Assembly: GCA_040776945.1 (NCBI GenBank)
Contig: JAXGZN010000002.1
Coordinates: 672,001-736,000 of the forward strand
Reading direction: 5' to 3'
DNA length: 64,000 bases
Source of the DNA: Methanomassiliicoccaceae archaeon
GTDB taxonomy: Archaea > Thermoplasmatota > Thermoplasmata > Methanomassiliicoccales > Methanomassiliicoccaceae
The translations under genes and the position numbers were made by a program. Within the stretch, counting starts at the first letter, position 1; each line of letters opens with the position of its first letter. A model generated the notes under the pieces. That model searched no databases and was not told where the DNA came from. It saw only the letters and a program-made list of their open reading frames with translations. Shown one piece after another: positions 1 through 10,921 of the stretch.

Positions 1-152
1 AACGAGCAGTGCTTCTTTGAGCTCATGTCAGTTCCACCATCCCTGTATTAACAATCGTTCTCCTTGTTCTTATTCTTTTCATCGACCAGATTCTTCTTGG
101 AATCTAATGTCGCCGGCGAAAAGGATATGCACCTCTATGCCCAGTAAGCATC

Positions 153-467
153 ATGCAGGATGAACTGCGCCCGCCTCGTGAGTGCATCATCGACCTCGCG
201 CTCCTGCTGGAGAGCGAACTGGACGAGGGCGATGACTGGTGCACGGGAGACCAGGTCATGGACGTCTTTCACCTCAAGCGGCGCCTCAGGGAGCAGGAGG
301 AAAGGCTGGACCGGGCCCTCAACAAGGTCCGGCTCCAAGGCGCGGCACTGGTCCTCACGTCGCTGCAGAGAGTGGAGGTGAGGCGCGAATTGATCGCCCT
401 CATAGAGGTCTGCATGAACATGCTGCAGGCGACCGACCTGCTGGAACCAAGGACCTGGGAGGAATGA
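153..467 (+). CDS. hypothetical helical protein
   Basis: 104-aa ORF with protein-like composition; no recognisable motif. Confidence 0.5.
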   Translation: MQDELRPPRECIIDLALLLESELDEGDDWCTGDQVMDVFHLKRRLREQEERLDRALNKVRLQGAALVLTSLQRVEVRRELIALIEVCMNMLQATDLLEPRTWEE

Positions 468-571
468 GCGGACCGAACATGAAAGAGGCGCAGGCCTCCT
501 CCTCCAACATGCTCAGCTCGTCCCGCGGAGGCCTCGGCCCGTCCCAAGATTAATCTCGCATCGCCGCATTA

Positions 572-1003
572 ATGGAAGGCGAGATGAAAAGGGAACTGCC
601 GGCGGACCTCAGGGCGAGAATGGAGGAGATGAAGGCCGCCCCCTTCGCTCTACGCTTGGGGATCGAGACAGTGTCCGTAGGGGAGAACGAGGCCGTTGTA
701 AGGATGCCGGTGAGCGGCCTCACCAACGCTCTGGGGATGGCCCACGGAGGCGCGATCTTCTCCCTCGCCGACCAGGCCTTCGCCCTTGCGGCCAACTCCC
801 GAGGGGAACCTCAGGTCGCCATCAGCGCCAGCATCACTTACCTGAGGCCGGGCCGGGGAGATCTTGTAGCTAGGGCCAGGAAGGTGGAGGAGAACCGGAC
901 GACCTCAGTGTACGAGGTCCAGGTGCTTCAGGGGGACGCGGTGGTGGCGATCTTCCAGGGAATAGGCTACAAGCTGAGACGGTCGGAGAAGAAAGTAGAT
1001 TAG
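572..1003 (+). CDS. PaaI-family hotdog thioesterase
   Basis: NALGMAHGGAIFSLAD motif, then ISASITYLRP. Confidence 0.9.
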   Translation: MEGEMKRELPADLRARMEEMKAAPFALRLGIETVSVGENEAVVRMPVSGLTNALGMAHGGAIFSLADQAFALAANSRGEPQVAISASITYLRPGRGDLVARARKVEENRTTSVYEVQVLQGDAVVAIFQGIGYKLRRSEKKVD

Positions 1004-1026
1004 CCTCGGCCTTAGAACGATATCCC

Positions 1027-1200
1027 ATGAGGACCTGCATGAAATGCCTGGCCGAGAACGACGACCATCAGAGCATCTGCCGAGTGTGTGGAAGCGACCG
1101 GCTGGTGGTGAGGAAGGAAAGCCTGGTGCCCTGCAAGCACTGCGGAGAGGACAACAAGGCCGGGGACAGGGAGTGCTATTCCTGCCGCCACCCGCTGTGA
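1027..1200 (+). CDS. small double zinc-ribbon protein (57 aa, not in ORF track)
   Basis: Hand translation MRTCMKCLAEN...CRVC...CKHC...CYSCRHPL; four CxxC pairs. Confidence 0.75.
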   Translation: MRTCMKCLAENDDHQSICRVCGSDRLVVRKESLVPCKHCGEDNKAGDRECYSCRHPL

Positions 1201-1850
1201 TCCAACGGCCCAAATGGACGTTCGTTCCAGGCCTTGGAGCCTGGCTTCGAACCGGCGGACCGGCCTGAACAGGCCATGGTCCCCCTCGGAGATGACATCC
1301 CCGCTGAGGACCGGCCGGGACATAGGGCACCTTATCCAACCGGCGGCGGCCTTCCTCCGGCGCAGCGCCTTCCCAAGGCCGGCGAATTAGACGATATCGA
1401 TATCGGCCCGGCTCATCCGGAGACAGGTGCTCTTAACCACATCCGTATCGCGCGGTACCGATGGCCCCAACGGCAATCCGGCGAACTGTCCGTGCAGGCC
1501 TTGGAAGGACTCAGGAGCCCACGTATCGAAGGCGCAGGATGGCGAGGGGGCGTTCGAGGGAGGGGGGGCCGCATCCGGCGGGGGGACGGCATGTCTTCTT
1601 CCAAGCGGTCCCGGCGATGCAGGAGGCGGAGACCTCGGCGACCTAGTGCACGGGATCCTTTTCGAACTAGATGTTGCGCCCGGCGAAAGAGTGGTCCGGC
1701 GCTTGGAGGGCCGGTCCGAGCATATCCTCGCTATGCTGGACCGCGTCCAAGGAGACCGCCGCCACGGGCAACGCTTATATTCAAAGGCCTCAGAACGTCG
1801 TCCTGCGCCGCCGATAGCCGGCGGCCATCGAACGCCTTCAGGAACAAGGG

Positions 1851-3149
1851 GTGATGGAAATGGAAAGAAGGAACACCATATTGGCCGCGGTGATCGGCAT
1901 CGCGATCCTCGCGGCCGCCGCCGGAGGGATATTGTCAATCAGCTCCGGCCCGAACACCGCCGATGTGACCAGCGAGGGACAGGACGACATCCGCCCGATG
2001 GGGCCCGCGGGCACCATCACCAGCGCCGAGGTCCAATCTGCCGCGGCCGGGCGTTCTAACGCGTCCGCACTTTCCGAACTGAGGGCGGAGCTGAACGCGA
2101 CCTCCAACACTACGGAGGAGCCCGATCTCCTGATGAAGGTCGGGATCACCAACAATCGGGACAGCGGCGTCACGCTGAACGCAACAGGCTTCATGGCCGT
2201 TCTGGACAACGGTTCAAGGGCTCAAGCCCTCAATGATCGGGACATCACCATCGGACCGAACGAGACCGCCTTCCCGGTGCTCGCCTTCCGGACCAATGGC
2301 TGCGAGGTGAGGTCAGCGGGCTATAGCGAAGGCCCGGTGCCTTTCTCCATCAGCATAGTCTCCCAGGATGCCGGCGGAGCGCTGCCTGACATGGTGACGG
2401 CGAGGTCCCCGTCGGGATGTCTGACCGTTCCGGAAAACCTGAGCTTTGCCAGCCTTGCGGCATGGAACATAACGGCGAACGGCAGCTCGCCCATCGACCT
2501 GAGGTTGGGCAACGGGAGCGCCGTGCTCGCAGTGATGGCCGTGACCAATAAGAACGCATCGATAGCGGAGCTAAAGGCAACGGACCTCTGGCTCGACGTG
2601 GGCAACGATACCTGGGTCAGAGGGGACGCGGGGATGAACAACAACCTGCCTTCCTTCCTGGGCAGTGATACCACGGTGCCTTTCCTGATCGGCTTCAGGC
2701 TGTCGGAGAACATGACCGCCAGCGGCAAAGCCTACTATTGGCCTGACCAGGGCCCCACAGCGGCCGAGATCCCGCTGAGGATGGAGAGTGCGGCCAAGGG
2801 CGCCGCGGGATTGGCCCTCTGGAGCATCTGGGGGCCTGGCATGAAGAGTGGGGGCAACGCCTCTGACGCCGACAACGCCACCGCCGCGTCCGACCGGACG
2901 GGCGCCGCAATGCTGAAAGTCAGGCTGCTGGCGATCGGCGACAATGCATCTGTGTCGGGCATAAGCGGCGTCAGGGTCTGGACCCTGAAGGGCGGTGCTG
3001 TGAACGTCACGCCCGCGGCCGGCAAGGACGGCCGGAGCCTCGATGTGAGCCTCGAACTGGCAAAAGGTGACGTGGCGACTCTGGTGCAGTACGAAATGGG
3101 CGGCGAGACCCGGTTCGTATGGCTGAGGCCGCTGGTGGCTAGGAAATAG
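1851..3149 (+). CDS. exported or membrane-anchored hypothetical protein
   Basis: N-terminal hydrophobic helix, many N-x-S/T sequons, T-rich run after the stop. Confidence 0.75.
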   Translation: MMEMERRNTILAAVIGIAILAAAAGGILSISSGPNTADVTSEGQDDIRPMGPAGTITSAEVQSAAAGRSNASALSELRAELNATSNTTEEPDLLMKVGITNNRDSGVTLNATGFMAVLDNGSRAQALNDRDITIGPNETAFPVLAFRTNGCEVRSAGYSEGPVPFSISIVSQDAGGALPDMVTARSPSGCLTVPENLSFASLAAWNITANGSSPIDLRLGNGSAVLAVMAVTNKNASIAELKATDLWLDVGNDTWVRGDAGMNNNLPSFLGSDTTVPFLIGFRLSENMTASGKAYYWPDQGPTAAEIPLRMESAAKGAAGLALWSIWGPGMKSGGNASDADNATAASDRTGAAMLKVRLLAIGDNASVSGISGVRVWTLKGGAVNVTPAAGKDGRSLDVSLELAKGDVATLVQYEMGGETRFVWLRPLVARK

Positions 3150-3169
3150 GCCTCCACGGCCTTTTTTTA

Positions 3170-5176
3170 TTATCTCACTTGATCGATGGAGGCCCCGCTC
3201 TTCCGGGGAAGCAGCACGACGAACCTGGCGCCCAAGGTATGGTCCCCGGGCACCCGGTCCTCCACCCAGACCCTTCCTCCGATCTCCGACACGATGTTCG
3301 CGACCAGGAACAGTCCCATGCCGTGGCCGGACGCCCTGGTTTGACCGCGCTCTCCCCTTGAGAAGAGAACGCTCTTCTGCGGGTCCGGTATCCCTGGTCC
3401 GTTGTCAGCGACGTCGACCCGGACATAATCGATGCCTTGATGATAGTAGGGTCGAACCGTCACCACTATGCTCGCCTTCCCTCCCGAATGCTTCACCGCG
3501 TTATCGATGAGGTTCGCGAACAGGTCCGGCAGAAGCTCGGTGGCGGTCACCACGGCATCATGCGTGCCGGAGTACATTATCTCCACACCGTCCCCGTGCG
3601 GCAGGACCTGCCCTATCGCCGCAGGAAGGACCGTGTCCAGGTCAACGTGGGTGACCGGGGATGGCCCGCGATCGTGGACCCGCCTGATCGTATCTATCAA
3701 GCGGGCGGAATCGCCCAGCGAGCTCAGGGCCTTCTCTATCCACTTGGCCGTTCTCGCGTCCTCAAGTCCCGATCGGTCGATGAGCTGCAGGTAGCCCGAG
3801 GCGGCGGTCAGGGAATTGGAGACGTCGTGGGTGAGCAGGTCGATGTAGAACTCGGCCCTTTCTCTGGCCTCCTTAAGCTTCTGCTCAAGCCTGATGCGTT
3901 CGGTAATATCATGCTGGACCGCCACCGCGCCGAGGAGCCTGCCGCTCCCATCGGTTATCGGGGCGGCGGAATTGAGGATTGTGCCGAAGGACCCGTCCAG
4001 CCTCTCGATGTCGATGGCCACCCCCAGGGTGGTCTCTCCGTGCTTCAATGCCTTGACCACGGGGCACTCCCTCACCGGCCCTCCGCCATCTGAATAGTAC
4101 GCGGGCAGGCCGCAAAGCTCGTCGATAGTCGTGGAGGGTGCAGGCCTCCCTCCCCAGATCTTAGAGCGGAGCGCGTTCGATTCTATCTCCCGGCCATTCT
4201 GGTCGGTGATAAGTATGCCTACCGGCAGCGTGTCGATGATCGTCCGGAGACGGGACCGCTCCTCATTGGCCAGCCGTTCCGAGCGCCTTACCGACTCATA
4301 TGCCCGGGCATTGGAGATGCCCGATGCGATCCTCTCCGCGGCCACGGTCAGCAGGGACGTCTCGCGGGCGCTCTCCTCGTGGCGCTCGGTCCATTCCACC
4401 TCCAGCACTCCCCCCTTCTCCCCGTCGATGTCGAATGGTACCTTGAGCAACGAGACCTCCCGCCGGCCATCCTCGCTGGGAACGCGTCCGAAGAACGCCC
4501 GGCCATCTCCGATGACCCGTTTGTTGAGGTCCAGGTCCAGGGCCGGGTCCGCCCTTGTGCTCCTGCTGTCAATGCCAGAGCAGGCCTTGAGCCTGAGGCC
4601 GCCGTCGTCGACCAGCAGCAGGGCCGCGCGGTCCGCGCTCATCACCGAGCGGAGGGTGCCCAGGACCGAGCGCATGATGGTCTCCAGGTCAAGCGTGGCC
4701 ACCGCCGCGCTGGCCACTTCCTCCAGGGCATGGAGGTCGTTCTCGGTGCGCTTCCTCTCGATCGCGAAGAGCATCGAGCGGACCAGCTCATAGGACCGGA
4801 CCTCGCCTTTGACCAGATAGTCCTGCGCTCCCGCCTGCACCGCGGTCCGGGCGAACGCGTCGTCGACATTGCCGGTGATTATGACCACGGGGGTGCGGGG
4901 CACCACCTCCTGCACCGAGGTTACGGTATCGAAACCAAAGCTGTCAGGCAGGTTAAGGTCCAGGAGCACGATGTCGAACCTCTCCCGGCCAAGCCTCTCC
5001 AGGGCCGGCCTCAGCCTGCTCTCGCTGTGCAGCTCGAAGAGCGGCTCGCGCGAGGACCCCAGGGCGGCCTCGATGAGGGCCGCGTCGCCTGGATTGTCCT
5101 CGACCAGCAATATCCTCAGGGCACCCCGGGAAGGCTGGGCAGTGGTGGTCCGGGCCGTTATCATGATCGACGCCAA
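3170..5176 (-). CDS. hybrid sensor histidine kinase (REC-GAF-PAS-HisKA-HATPase)
   Basis: LLVEDN and DLNLPD receiver; LTHDVSN H-box; NLIDNAVKH, DNGPG and GMGL boxes. Confidence 0.93.
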   Translation of the reverse strand: MASIMITARTTTAQPSRGALRILLVEDNPGDAALIEAALGSSREPLFELHSESRLRPALERLGRERFDIVLLDLNLPDSFGFDTVTSVQEVVPRTPVVIITGNVDDAFARTAVQAGAQDYLVKGEVRSYELVRSMLFAIERKRTENDLHALEEVASAAVATLDLETIMRSVLGTLRSVMSADRAALLLVDDGGLRLKACSGIDSRSTRADPALDLDLNKRVIGDGRAFFGRVPSEDGRREVSLLKVPFDIDGEKGGVLEVEWTERHEESARETSLLTVAAERIASGISNARAYESVRRSERLANEERSRLRTIIDTLPVGILITDQNGREIESNALRSKIWGGRPAPSTTIDELCGLPAYYSDGGGPVRECPVVKALKHGETTLGVAIDIERLDGSFGTILNSAAPITDGSGRLLGAVAVQHDITERIRLEQKLKEARERAEFYIDLLTHDVSNSLTAASGYLQLIDRSGLEDARTAKWIEKALSSLGDSARLIDTIRRVHDRGPSPVTHVDLDTVLPAAIGQVLPHGDGVEIMYSGTHDAVVTATELLPDLFANLIDNAVKHSGGKASIVVTVRPYYHQGIDYVRVDVADNGPGIPDPQKSVLFSRGERGQTRASGHGMGLFLVANIVSEIGGRVWVEDRVPGDHTLGARFVVLLPRKSGASIDQVR

Positions 5177-5325
5177 TGGATTTCCACCCCGGCCGATTTA
5201 TACCATTCCCTGGGTGGAACGTCCTGGCGGTGGCATTTCCGTGAGGGACGCTCATGGACAGGACCGCGGCCCGAGAAGGGGAAGCTTATTTCCATGACCT
5301 TCGACATTCGGAGGGAGCGATAGAC

Positions 5326-7122
5326 ATGGCCGAGCCGATAAGATGGGACCTCTCACAGCTGGTCAAGGACACTGATGCAGATTCGATCATCTCCGAGCTT
5401 GACCGGCTGGTCGCCGATGCGGTCAAGTTCCGGAACAAGTACCAGGGCAACATTACCGGCCTGGACGCCGCGGGGGCCCTGAGCTTCCTTGAGGAGCGCG
5501 ATGACCTGTACGTGAGGCACGAGGGGCCGGTCATGTTCGCCCAGCTCCTGTACGCCGCGGATTCCACGAACCCGGTGGCCAAACGCCTCAACGACGCGGT
5601 GCGGAAGGCCGGCACCAGGGCAGGCCAGGAGATGGCCTTCTCCGATATCGAGTTCGGGGAGCTGCTGAAGAAGAGGCCTGAGCTGGTGAACGACCCTGTG
5701 CTCAAGGAGTACCATCATTACCTGGAGAAGGTGCTGGCCAGGGTGCCCCACCTGCTGTCGGAGAGCGAGGAGAAGCTGGTTATGGCCAAGGACCAGAACG
5801 GGGTTGACGCTTGGTCGCAGCTCCAGCAGGATTGGCTGTCCACGAGGACGTTCAAGTTGGGCATCGACGGCGAGATTAAGGAGCTTGCCTACGGCGAGAT
5901 AATCAGCTATTATTCTGACCCCGATCGCGAAAAGAGGCGCGGCGCCAACAGCGTGGTATATTCGGAACTGGGGAAGGACGACATCCTTTGGTCCTCGGCC
6001 ATACGTTCGATCTGCTCCGACCATCTTCACATGTGCGAGTGGCGCGGTTACTCGAGACCGGTGGAGCCCAGCCTGCTGGACAACGACGTGGACGCCGCGG
6101 CCATTGATGCTCTAATGAACGTCATGCGCAAGAGCGCGCCCATTTACCGCCGATACCTCAAGCTCAAAGCGAAGCTCCTAGGCCTCGAGGTTCTCGGGAA
6201 CTGGGACCTACAAGCGCCCCTGCCGGGAGCGCCGGACACCAAGTACGATTGGTCCAGGTCCCGGGACCTGGTCACCAAGGCCTACCGATCGTTCGACCCC
6301 CAGTTCGCTTCCTGGGCCGATGAGATGTACGCCCGGTCCCACATCGACGCGGAGCCTCGTAAGGGAAAGGCCAGCGGGGCCTTCTGCAGCTATTGGTACT
6401 CCGGGAAGAGCGCCTACGTGCTGCAGAGCTTCAACGGCCGCCGGAGCGACGTATATACGCAGGCCCACGAACTGGGACACGCCATCCACGCCTATCTGGC
6501 TTCGAGGGCCCAGAAGCTGAGCAACTTCAGCGCGGGATCGTGCATAGCCGAGACCGGATCGATCTTCGGGGAGCTCCTGCTGACAGACCAGCTCCTGAAG
6601 GACGCGTCCTCCGGTGCGGAGCAACTGGCGGTCCTGGACACGGTGTGGGAGGAGTTTGGCATGGCGGCCTTCCAGGTAAGCGCCAGGTACCACTTCGAGC
6701 AGAGCATGTACGACGCCATCAAGGCCGGCAGGTTCTTGGACGGGGAGACCGTGGCCGCTCTCTGGACCAAGGCGCGGGACGACGTGTACGGGGACGCCGT
6801 GGAATGGCTGCCGGAGATGAAGTGGGAATGGACGATGAAGATGCACTACTACATCCCCAACTACCGCTTCTACAACTATCCTTACGTGTTCGCCCAGTTG
6901 TTCGTATACGCCCTGTACAAGCTGTACCAGGAGCAGGGACCGGCCTTCGTGCCCAAGATGAAGGCCCTTCTGTCCGCCGGCTCCAGCCGGTCGCCGGCCC
7001 AGCTGGCGAAGGACCAGGGCTTCGACATCACCACCGAGGGGTTCTGGCAGAAGGGGATCGACCAGGCAGTGGTCTTCCTGGAGAGGATGGAATCGCTGGC
7101 CGGCGAGAGGGGCGGGGCTTAG
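5326..7122 (+). CDS. pepF: oligoendopeptidase F (M3B)
   Basis: N-terminal WDLS, AHELGHAIH zinc motif, AETGS, FYNYPY. Confidence 0.92.
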   Translation: MAEPIRWDLSQLVKDTDADSIISELDRLVADAVKFRNKYQGNITGLDAAGALSFLEERDDLYVRHEGPVMFAQLLYAADSTNPVAKRLNDAVRKAGTRAGQEMAFSDIEFGELLKKRPELVNDPVLKEYHHYLEKVLARVPHLLSESEEKLVMAKDQNGVDAWSQLQQDWLSTRTFKLGIDGEIKELAYGEIISYYSDPDREKRRGANSVVYSELGKDDILWSSAIRSICSDHLHMCEWRGYSRPVEPSLLDNDVDAAAIDALMNVMRKSAPIYRRYLKLKAKLLGLEVLGNWDLQAPLPGAPDTKYDWSRSRDLVTKAYRSFDPQFASWADEMYARSHIDAEPRKGKASGAFCSYWYSGKSAYVLQSFNGRRSDVYTQAHELGHAIHAYLASRAQKLSNFSAGSCIAETGSIFGELLLTDQLLKDASSGAEQLAVLDTVWEEFGMAAFQVSARYHFEQSMYDAIKAGRFLDGETVAALWTKARDDVYGDAVEWLPEMKWEWTMKMHYYIPNYRFYNYPYVFAQLFVYALYKLYQEQGPAFVPKMKALLSAGSSRSPAQLAKDQGFDITTEGFWQKGIDQAVVFLERMESLAGERGGA

Positions 7123-7146
7123 GCCCTACGGGCCTCGGGAGGCGAG

Positions 7147-8076
7147 GTGATGTTCCGCACCGCAGCTGGACGATTGGCGCACACCTATTCTATAGTGGCC
7201 CGGGACCCGGACACCGGGGAGATGGGCGTGGCGGTCCAGTCCCACTGGTTCTCGGTCGGCAGCGTGGTCGCCTGGGCCGCAGCGGGCGCAGGAGCGGTGG
7301 CAACCCAATCCATGGTCAACCCGCTCTTCGGCCCCCTTGGGCTTGAGCTGCTGAGGAACGGAAGGACCGCGGCCGAGACCGTGGCCGAGCTGATAGCGGC
7401 GGACGAGCATCGAGAGGTCCGACAGCTCGCAGTGGTCGATGGCAGCGGAAGGACCGCGGCGTTCACCGGAGATAGATGCATACCTCAGTGCGGCCATCTT
7501 GCCGGCAACGGTTTCTCGGTCCAGGCGAACATGATGACCTCCGGCGAGGTATGGCCGTCGATGGCCAGGGCCTTCGAGCGCGCCGAAGGCCCCCTGGCCG
7601 AGAGGATGGTGGCTGCCCTGGAGGCTGCCGAGGCGGAGGGCGGCGATTTCCGCGGAAGGCAGTCGGCCGCCCTGCTGGTGGTGAGGGGCGAGCCCACCGG
7701 GAACGTCTGGAAGGACCGCTTGATCGACCTGAGGGTCGAGGACCACAACGATCCGGTGGCCGAGCTGAGGAGGCTTCTCAAGGTCCACCGGGCCTATGAG
7801 AGCATGAACGAGGGCGACCTGGCGCTGGAGAGGGGCGACATGGCCGCGGCCATGGAGCTTTACGGCTCGGCCCGGAGGCTGTGCCCCGACAACGAGGAGA
7901 TGATGTTCTGGCACGCCGCCATGCTCGCGAACAACGACCGGTGGGAGGAGGCGCTCCCCCTCTTCGCCGGATCCTTCTCCAGGAACCCCCGGTGGAGGGA
8001 CGCGGTCCCGGACCTGGCGAGGCTCGGGCACCTGCGGATGACCCCGGAGCAGGTCGAGAAGGTCCTCAAGCTCTGA
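7147..8076 (+). CDS. DUF1028 (Ntn-hydrolase-like) protein with TPR-like C-terminus
   Basis: TYSIVARD...GVAVQS, GAVATQS, GGDFRGRQSAAL, DLRVEDH. Confidence 0.88.
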   Translation: MMFRTAAGRLAHTYSIVARDPDTGEMGVAVQSHWFSVGSVVAWAAAGAGAVATQSMVNPLFGPLGLELLRNGRTAAETVAELIAADEHREVRQLAVVDGSGRTAAFTGDRCIPQCGHLAGNGFSVQANMMTSGEVWPSMARAFERAEGPLAERMVAALEAAEAEGGDFRGRQSAALLVVRGEPTGNVWKDRLIDLRVEDHNDPVAELRRLLKVHRAYESMNEGDLALERGDMAAAMELYGSARRLCPDNEEMMFWHAAMLANNDRWEEALPLFAGSFSRNPRWRDAVPDLARLGHLRMTPEQVEKVLKL

Positions 8077-8132
8077 TGTTCGCCGAGGACGACGTGAGGC
8101 GCCCGGCGATAGAATGCACCGAGGAGGCCGTT

Positions 8133-8456
8133 TCAGGCCTCTCCTCCCGTAAGGCGCAGTCCCACTATGCCCACGATGATGAGGGCGATGAAGGCCAGCC
8201 TGACCAGGTCCTTGGAGTCCCCGAAAAGGACGATGCCCAGGAGCACCACGCCCACCGAGCCTATCCCGGTCCATACCGCGTACGCGGTCCCCAAGGGAAG
8301 GTCCTTGGTCCCGAGCATCAGGAAGTAGAAGCTGAGGATGTAGGTTATCACCGTGGCGATGCTTGCAAAAAGGTCCCGGAAACCATCGGAGTACTTCAGC
8401 CCGATGGCCCACCCTATCTCCAAGGCCCCCGCGATGACGATGTATGTCCAGCCCAT
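8133..8456 (-). CDS. sugE: SMR-family exporter (SugE/Gdx-like)
   Basis: 107 aa, four TM helices, LEIGWAIGLKYS and LPLGTAYAVWTGIG. Confidence 0.88.
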   Translation of the reverse strand: MGWTYIVIAGALEIGWAIGLKYSDGFRDLFASIATVITYILSFYFLMLGTKDLPLGTAYAVWTGIGSVGVVLLGIVLFGDSKDLVRLAFIALIIVGIVGLRLTGGEA

Positions 8457-8638
8457 GTGCCGCCGTTAGGCCGCCCATATATATAACGGGAACTCGAAGG
8501 GCGGCCGTTCGGGCCCGCAGGCGGCACGGCGGATCTTGGCCAGAGCGTCAAAGGTCCGCAGATGTTGCGGTCAACCCATATATATGATGGGCGGGGACGT
8601 CGACCCGGGCGGTCATGCCGCCGGGAAAAGGATGGACT

Positions 8639-8965
8639 ATGGTCACCACGGAAACAAGGAAGAAGCTCTCCGAGGCGGGGAAGAAGGGGGCCGAGGAGAG
8701 GTGGTCATCTGGAAGGGAGATCAGCGATCAGACCAGGGCCAAGCTGTCAGAGGCCGGAAGGCGCGGGGCGGAGGCCCAGCCCCGGGAGGCCAAGGTGCTC
8801 GGCGGGGAGAGGGGAGCTGCGGCAAGATGGGGCTCGGGAAGGGAGATATCGCCAGAGACCAAGGAGAAGCTCTCCATGGCCGGGAAGAAGGGCGCGGCGG
8901 CGGAGCCTCGGGAGGCCAAGGTCAAAGGCGGCAAGAGGTCGGCGGAAGAACGCTGGGGCACCTAG
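8639..8965 (+). CDS. KGG-like hydrophilic repeat (stress) protein
   Basis: Repeated KLSEAGKKG...RWGSGREIS units with a 42-aa (126-bp) period. Confidence 0.7.
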   Translation: MVTTETRKKLSEAGKKGAEERWSSGREISDQTRAKLSEAGRRGAEAQPREAKVLGGERGAAARWGSGREISPETKEKLSMAGKKGAAAEPREAKVKGGKRSAEERWGT

Positions 8966-9170
8966 ATCGACGTCGGAAGCGCCGAGCTCGCGCCTGAAGC
9001 AAAAGCATCGCCGGAACGGCGGAGGATGCGGCAGTTGGCCCGTTCACCTTCCGGACCCGCTCCGATGCCCGTTCTCGCGGCCTCAGACCCGACCGCTCAC
9101 AGCGCGACCCGCCGCCCGCCCGGCTCCGGAGCCCGGCGTCCCGGGCGGCATGCTCCACCCGTCGGCGGTC

Positions 9171-9545
9171 CTACCTGCCGTCCTGCTTGAGCGCCCGGGA
9201 GATCTCGGCGTCCAGGCCCTTGAGGGCCTCCTTGACCATGGCCGGGGGCCTGATCTCCATGGTGAACGCGTTCTCTGGACAAAGGTGAGTGCAGCGGGTG
9301 CAGCCCCGGCAGGCCCGGTCGTCGACCGCTGCCTTTCGGTCGTCCCCCATGGATATGGCGCCGAAGCGGCAGAAGCCCTTTCGAACGCATGCGCCGCAGC
9401 CCACGCACCGCTCCTTCCGCACCAGCGCCCTCAGGCCCGGAACGCGGGCGTACTTGTCAGCGGCCTTCCATGTCTTCCTGATCGCCGCCCTGCCAATGAC
9501 GGAGACCGGGTTCTCGTATCTCGGGTCCATTCTCATGTCTCTCAC
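9171..9545 (-). CDS. 2x[4Fe-4S] ferredoxin-like protein
   Basis: CVGCGAC...C and CRGCTRCTHLCP. Confidence 0.85.
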   Translation of the reverse strand: MRDMRMDPRYENPVSVIGRAAIRKTWKAADKYARVPGLRALVRKERCVGCGACVRKGFCRFGAISMGDDRKAAVDDRACRGCTRCTHLCPENAFTMEIRPPAMVKEALKGLDAEISRALKQDGR

Positions 9546-9894
9546 GGGGCGCGCATCGGGGCACGTCCAACGCTCAAAATCCCGAAGGAGTACTTAGAGC
9601 TGTCAGCCCGTCTTTCAATATCGGCGGCATCCATGCGGAAGATCCGCCTGAACGCGGCTGAGGGACATGCCTGCGGAGGACCGAGGGCTCCGCGGAAAAT
9701 AAAATTAGAGCAATCTTTATTAATAATAGGCTCAAGTAAATAGTGTTCGAACGGCGACGCCCCCTGATGAGCGGATGGAGCCTGGCGGGGGCATAGCGCT
9801 CTGGCAAAGTTTGAAGAAAGGCTCATTGGTAGTATTGCTTCGGAGAACTATCGAGCGCCCGGAAGAGAGAGAGGCATCGTTGCACAAGGACGGG

Positions 9895-10359
9895 ATGATA
9901 TTGGACCGCAGCTCCGAGGAGATCGCAGACCAAGGGAAGGCCAAGCCGAGGCAGCCGCTGAAGATACTCCTTGCGGAGGACAACCCCGGCGACGTTCAGC
10001 TGCTGATGGTCCTATTGGACATGTCCGGCCTGTCGTTCCATGTCAAGCACGTGACCGATGGGGAGAAGGCGCTGTCATATCTTCGCGGAGCGACCGATAC
10101 CGAGCTTCCGGACATTGTCCTTCTGGACCTGAGGATGCCGAGGATGGACGGCTTCGATTTTCTGAGAGAGCGGCTCAAGGACCCTCGGTTGTCCTCCATC
10201 CATACGGTGGTCCTCACAAGCTCCAACGCTCCCCGCGATCGCAGGAAGGCGATGGAACTGGGTGCTGACCTCTTCATGTTAAAGCCAGACCGGATGGACG
10301 AGGCCGAGGACCTTGTACCATGCCTTGAGCGCCTCATCCGAGAAAAGGAAGCGGCATAG
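9895..10359 (+). CDS. single-domain response regulator
   Basis: LLAEDN, DLRMP, LTSS, KP; start uncertain. Confidence 0.88.
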   Translation: MILDRSSEEIADQGKAKPRQPLKILLAEDNPGDVQLLMVLLDMSGLSFHVKHVTDGEKALSYLRGATDTELPDIVLLDLRMPRMDGFDFLRERLKDPRLSSIHTVVLTSSNAPRDRRKAMELGADLFMLKPDRMDEAEDLVPCLERLIREKEAA

Positions 10360-10477
10360 TCCCGCAAGGGCGGGTATTATAGAAACGCACGCCTTACGTG
10401 GAACGCAGCGCGATGACGTGGTCGACCGTTCCGGCCGGTGAACGCACCGGGGATCCATTGAAGGGAGGACAGGCGCG

Positions 10478-10921
10478 ATGAGCGCCCTCAATGTCCTGTT
10501 GGCCGAGGACAACGCGGCCGATGCCATGATCATCGAGGAGATGCTGAAGGAGACCGGCATCGACTCCTCTTTGACCTGGCTTAAGGACGGCGAGGCCGTA
10601 CTGGACCATTTCAGCCGGGGGAACACCGCGGACGTGATCATACTGGACCTCAACATGCCCAAGATGGACGGCCATACCCTGATCGGTCGATTGAGGGAGC
10701 GGGACGAGTCCCGCCGCATCGCCATCGTGGTACTGACCGGCTCCTCATCCCCTGCGGACAAAGAGAGGGTCCGAAGGTCGGGCATAGACAGCTACCTGAT
10801 CAAGCCCATGGGGATCGAGGAGATGGACGATGTGGTCAGGACCTTGAGGACGACCCTTTTAGGGGTTAAGGCCTGCCGAGATGGAATGAGGAAGGACGGG
10901 ACATCGGAAGAGCGTACCTGA
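10478..10921 (+). CDS. single-domain response regulator (tandem paralog)
   Basis: LLAEDN, DLNMP, LTGS, IKP. Confidence 0.9.
   Translation: MSALNVLLAEDNAADAMIIEEMLKETGIDSSLTWLKDGEAVLDHFSRGNTADVIILDLNMPKMDGHTLIGRLRERDESRRIAIVVLTGSSSPADKERVRRSGIDSYLIKPMGIEEMDDVVRTLRTTLLGVKACRDGMRKDGTSEERT

Noticed and set aside
7120-7149. pepF TAG is in frame with the DUF1028 gene (8 open codons), suggesting amber readthrough fusion
   Set aside because: Frame match has a 1-in-3 chance, the downstream gene has its own SD-like ggaggcgagg, and both proteins look complete.
8457-8540. Guanidine riboswitch upstream of the SugE/Gdx-like gene
   Set aside because: A TATA box lies about 25 bp from the start codon (near-leaderless) and no paired ACG-loop hairpins are evident.
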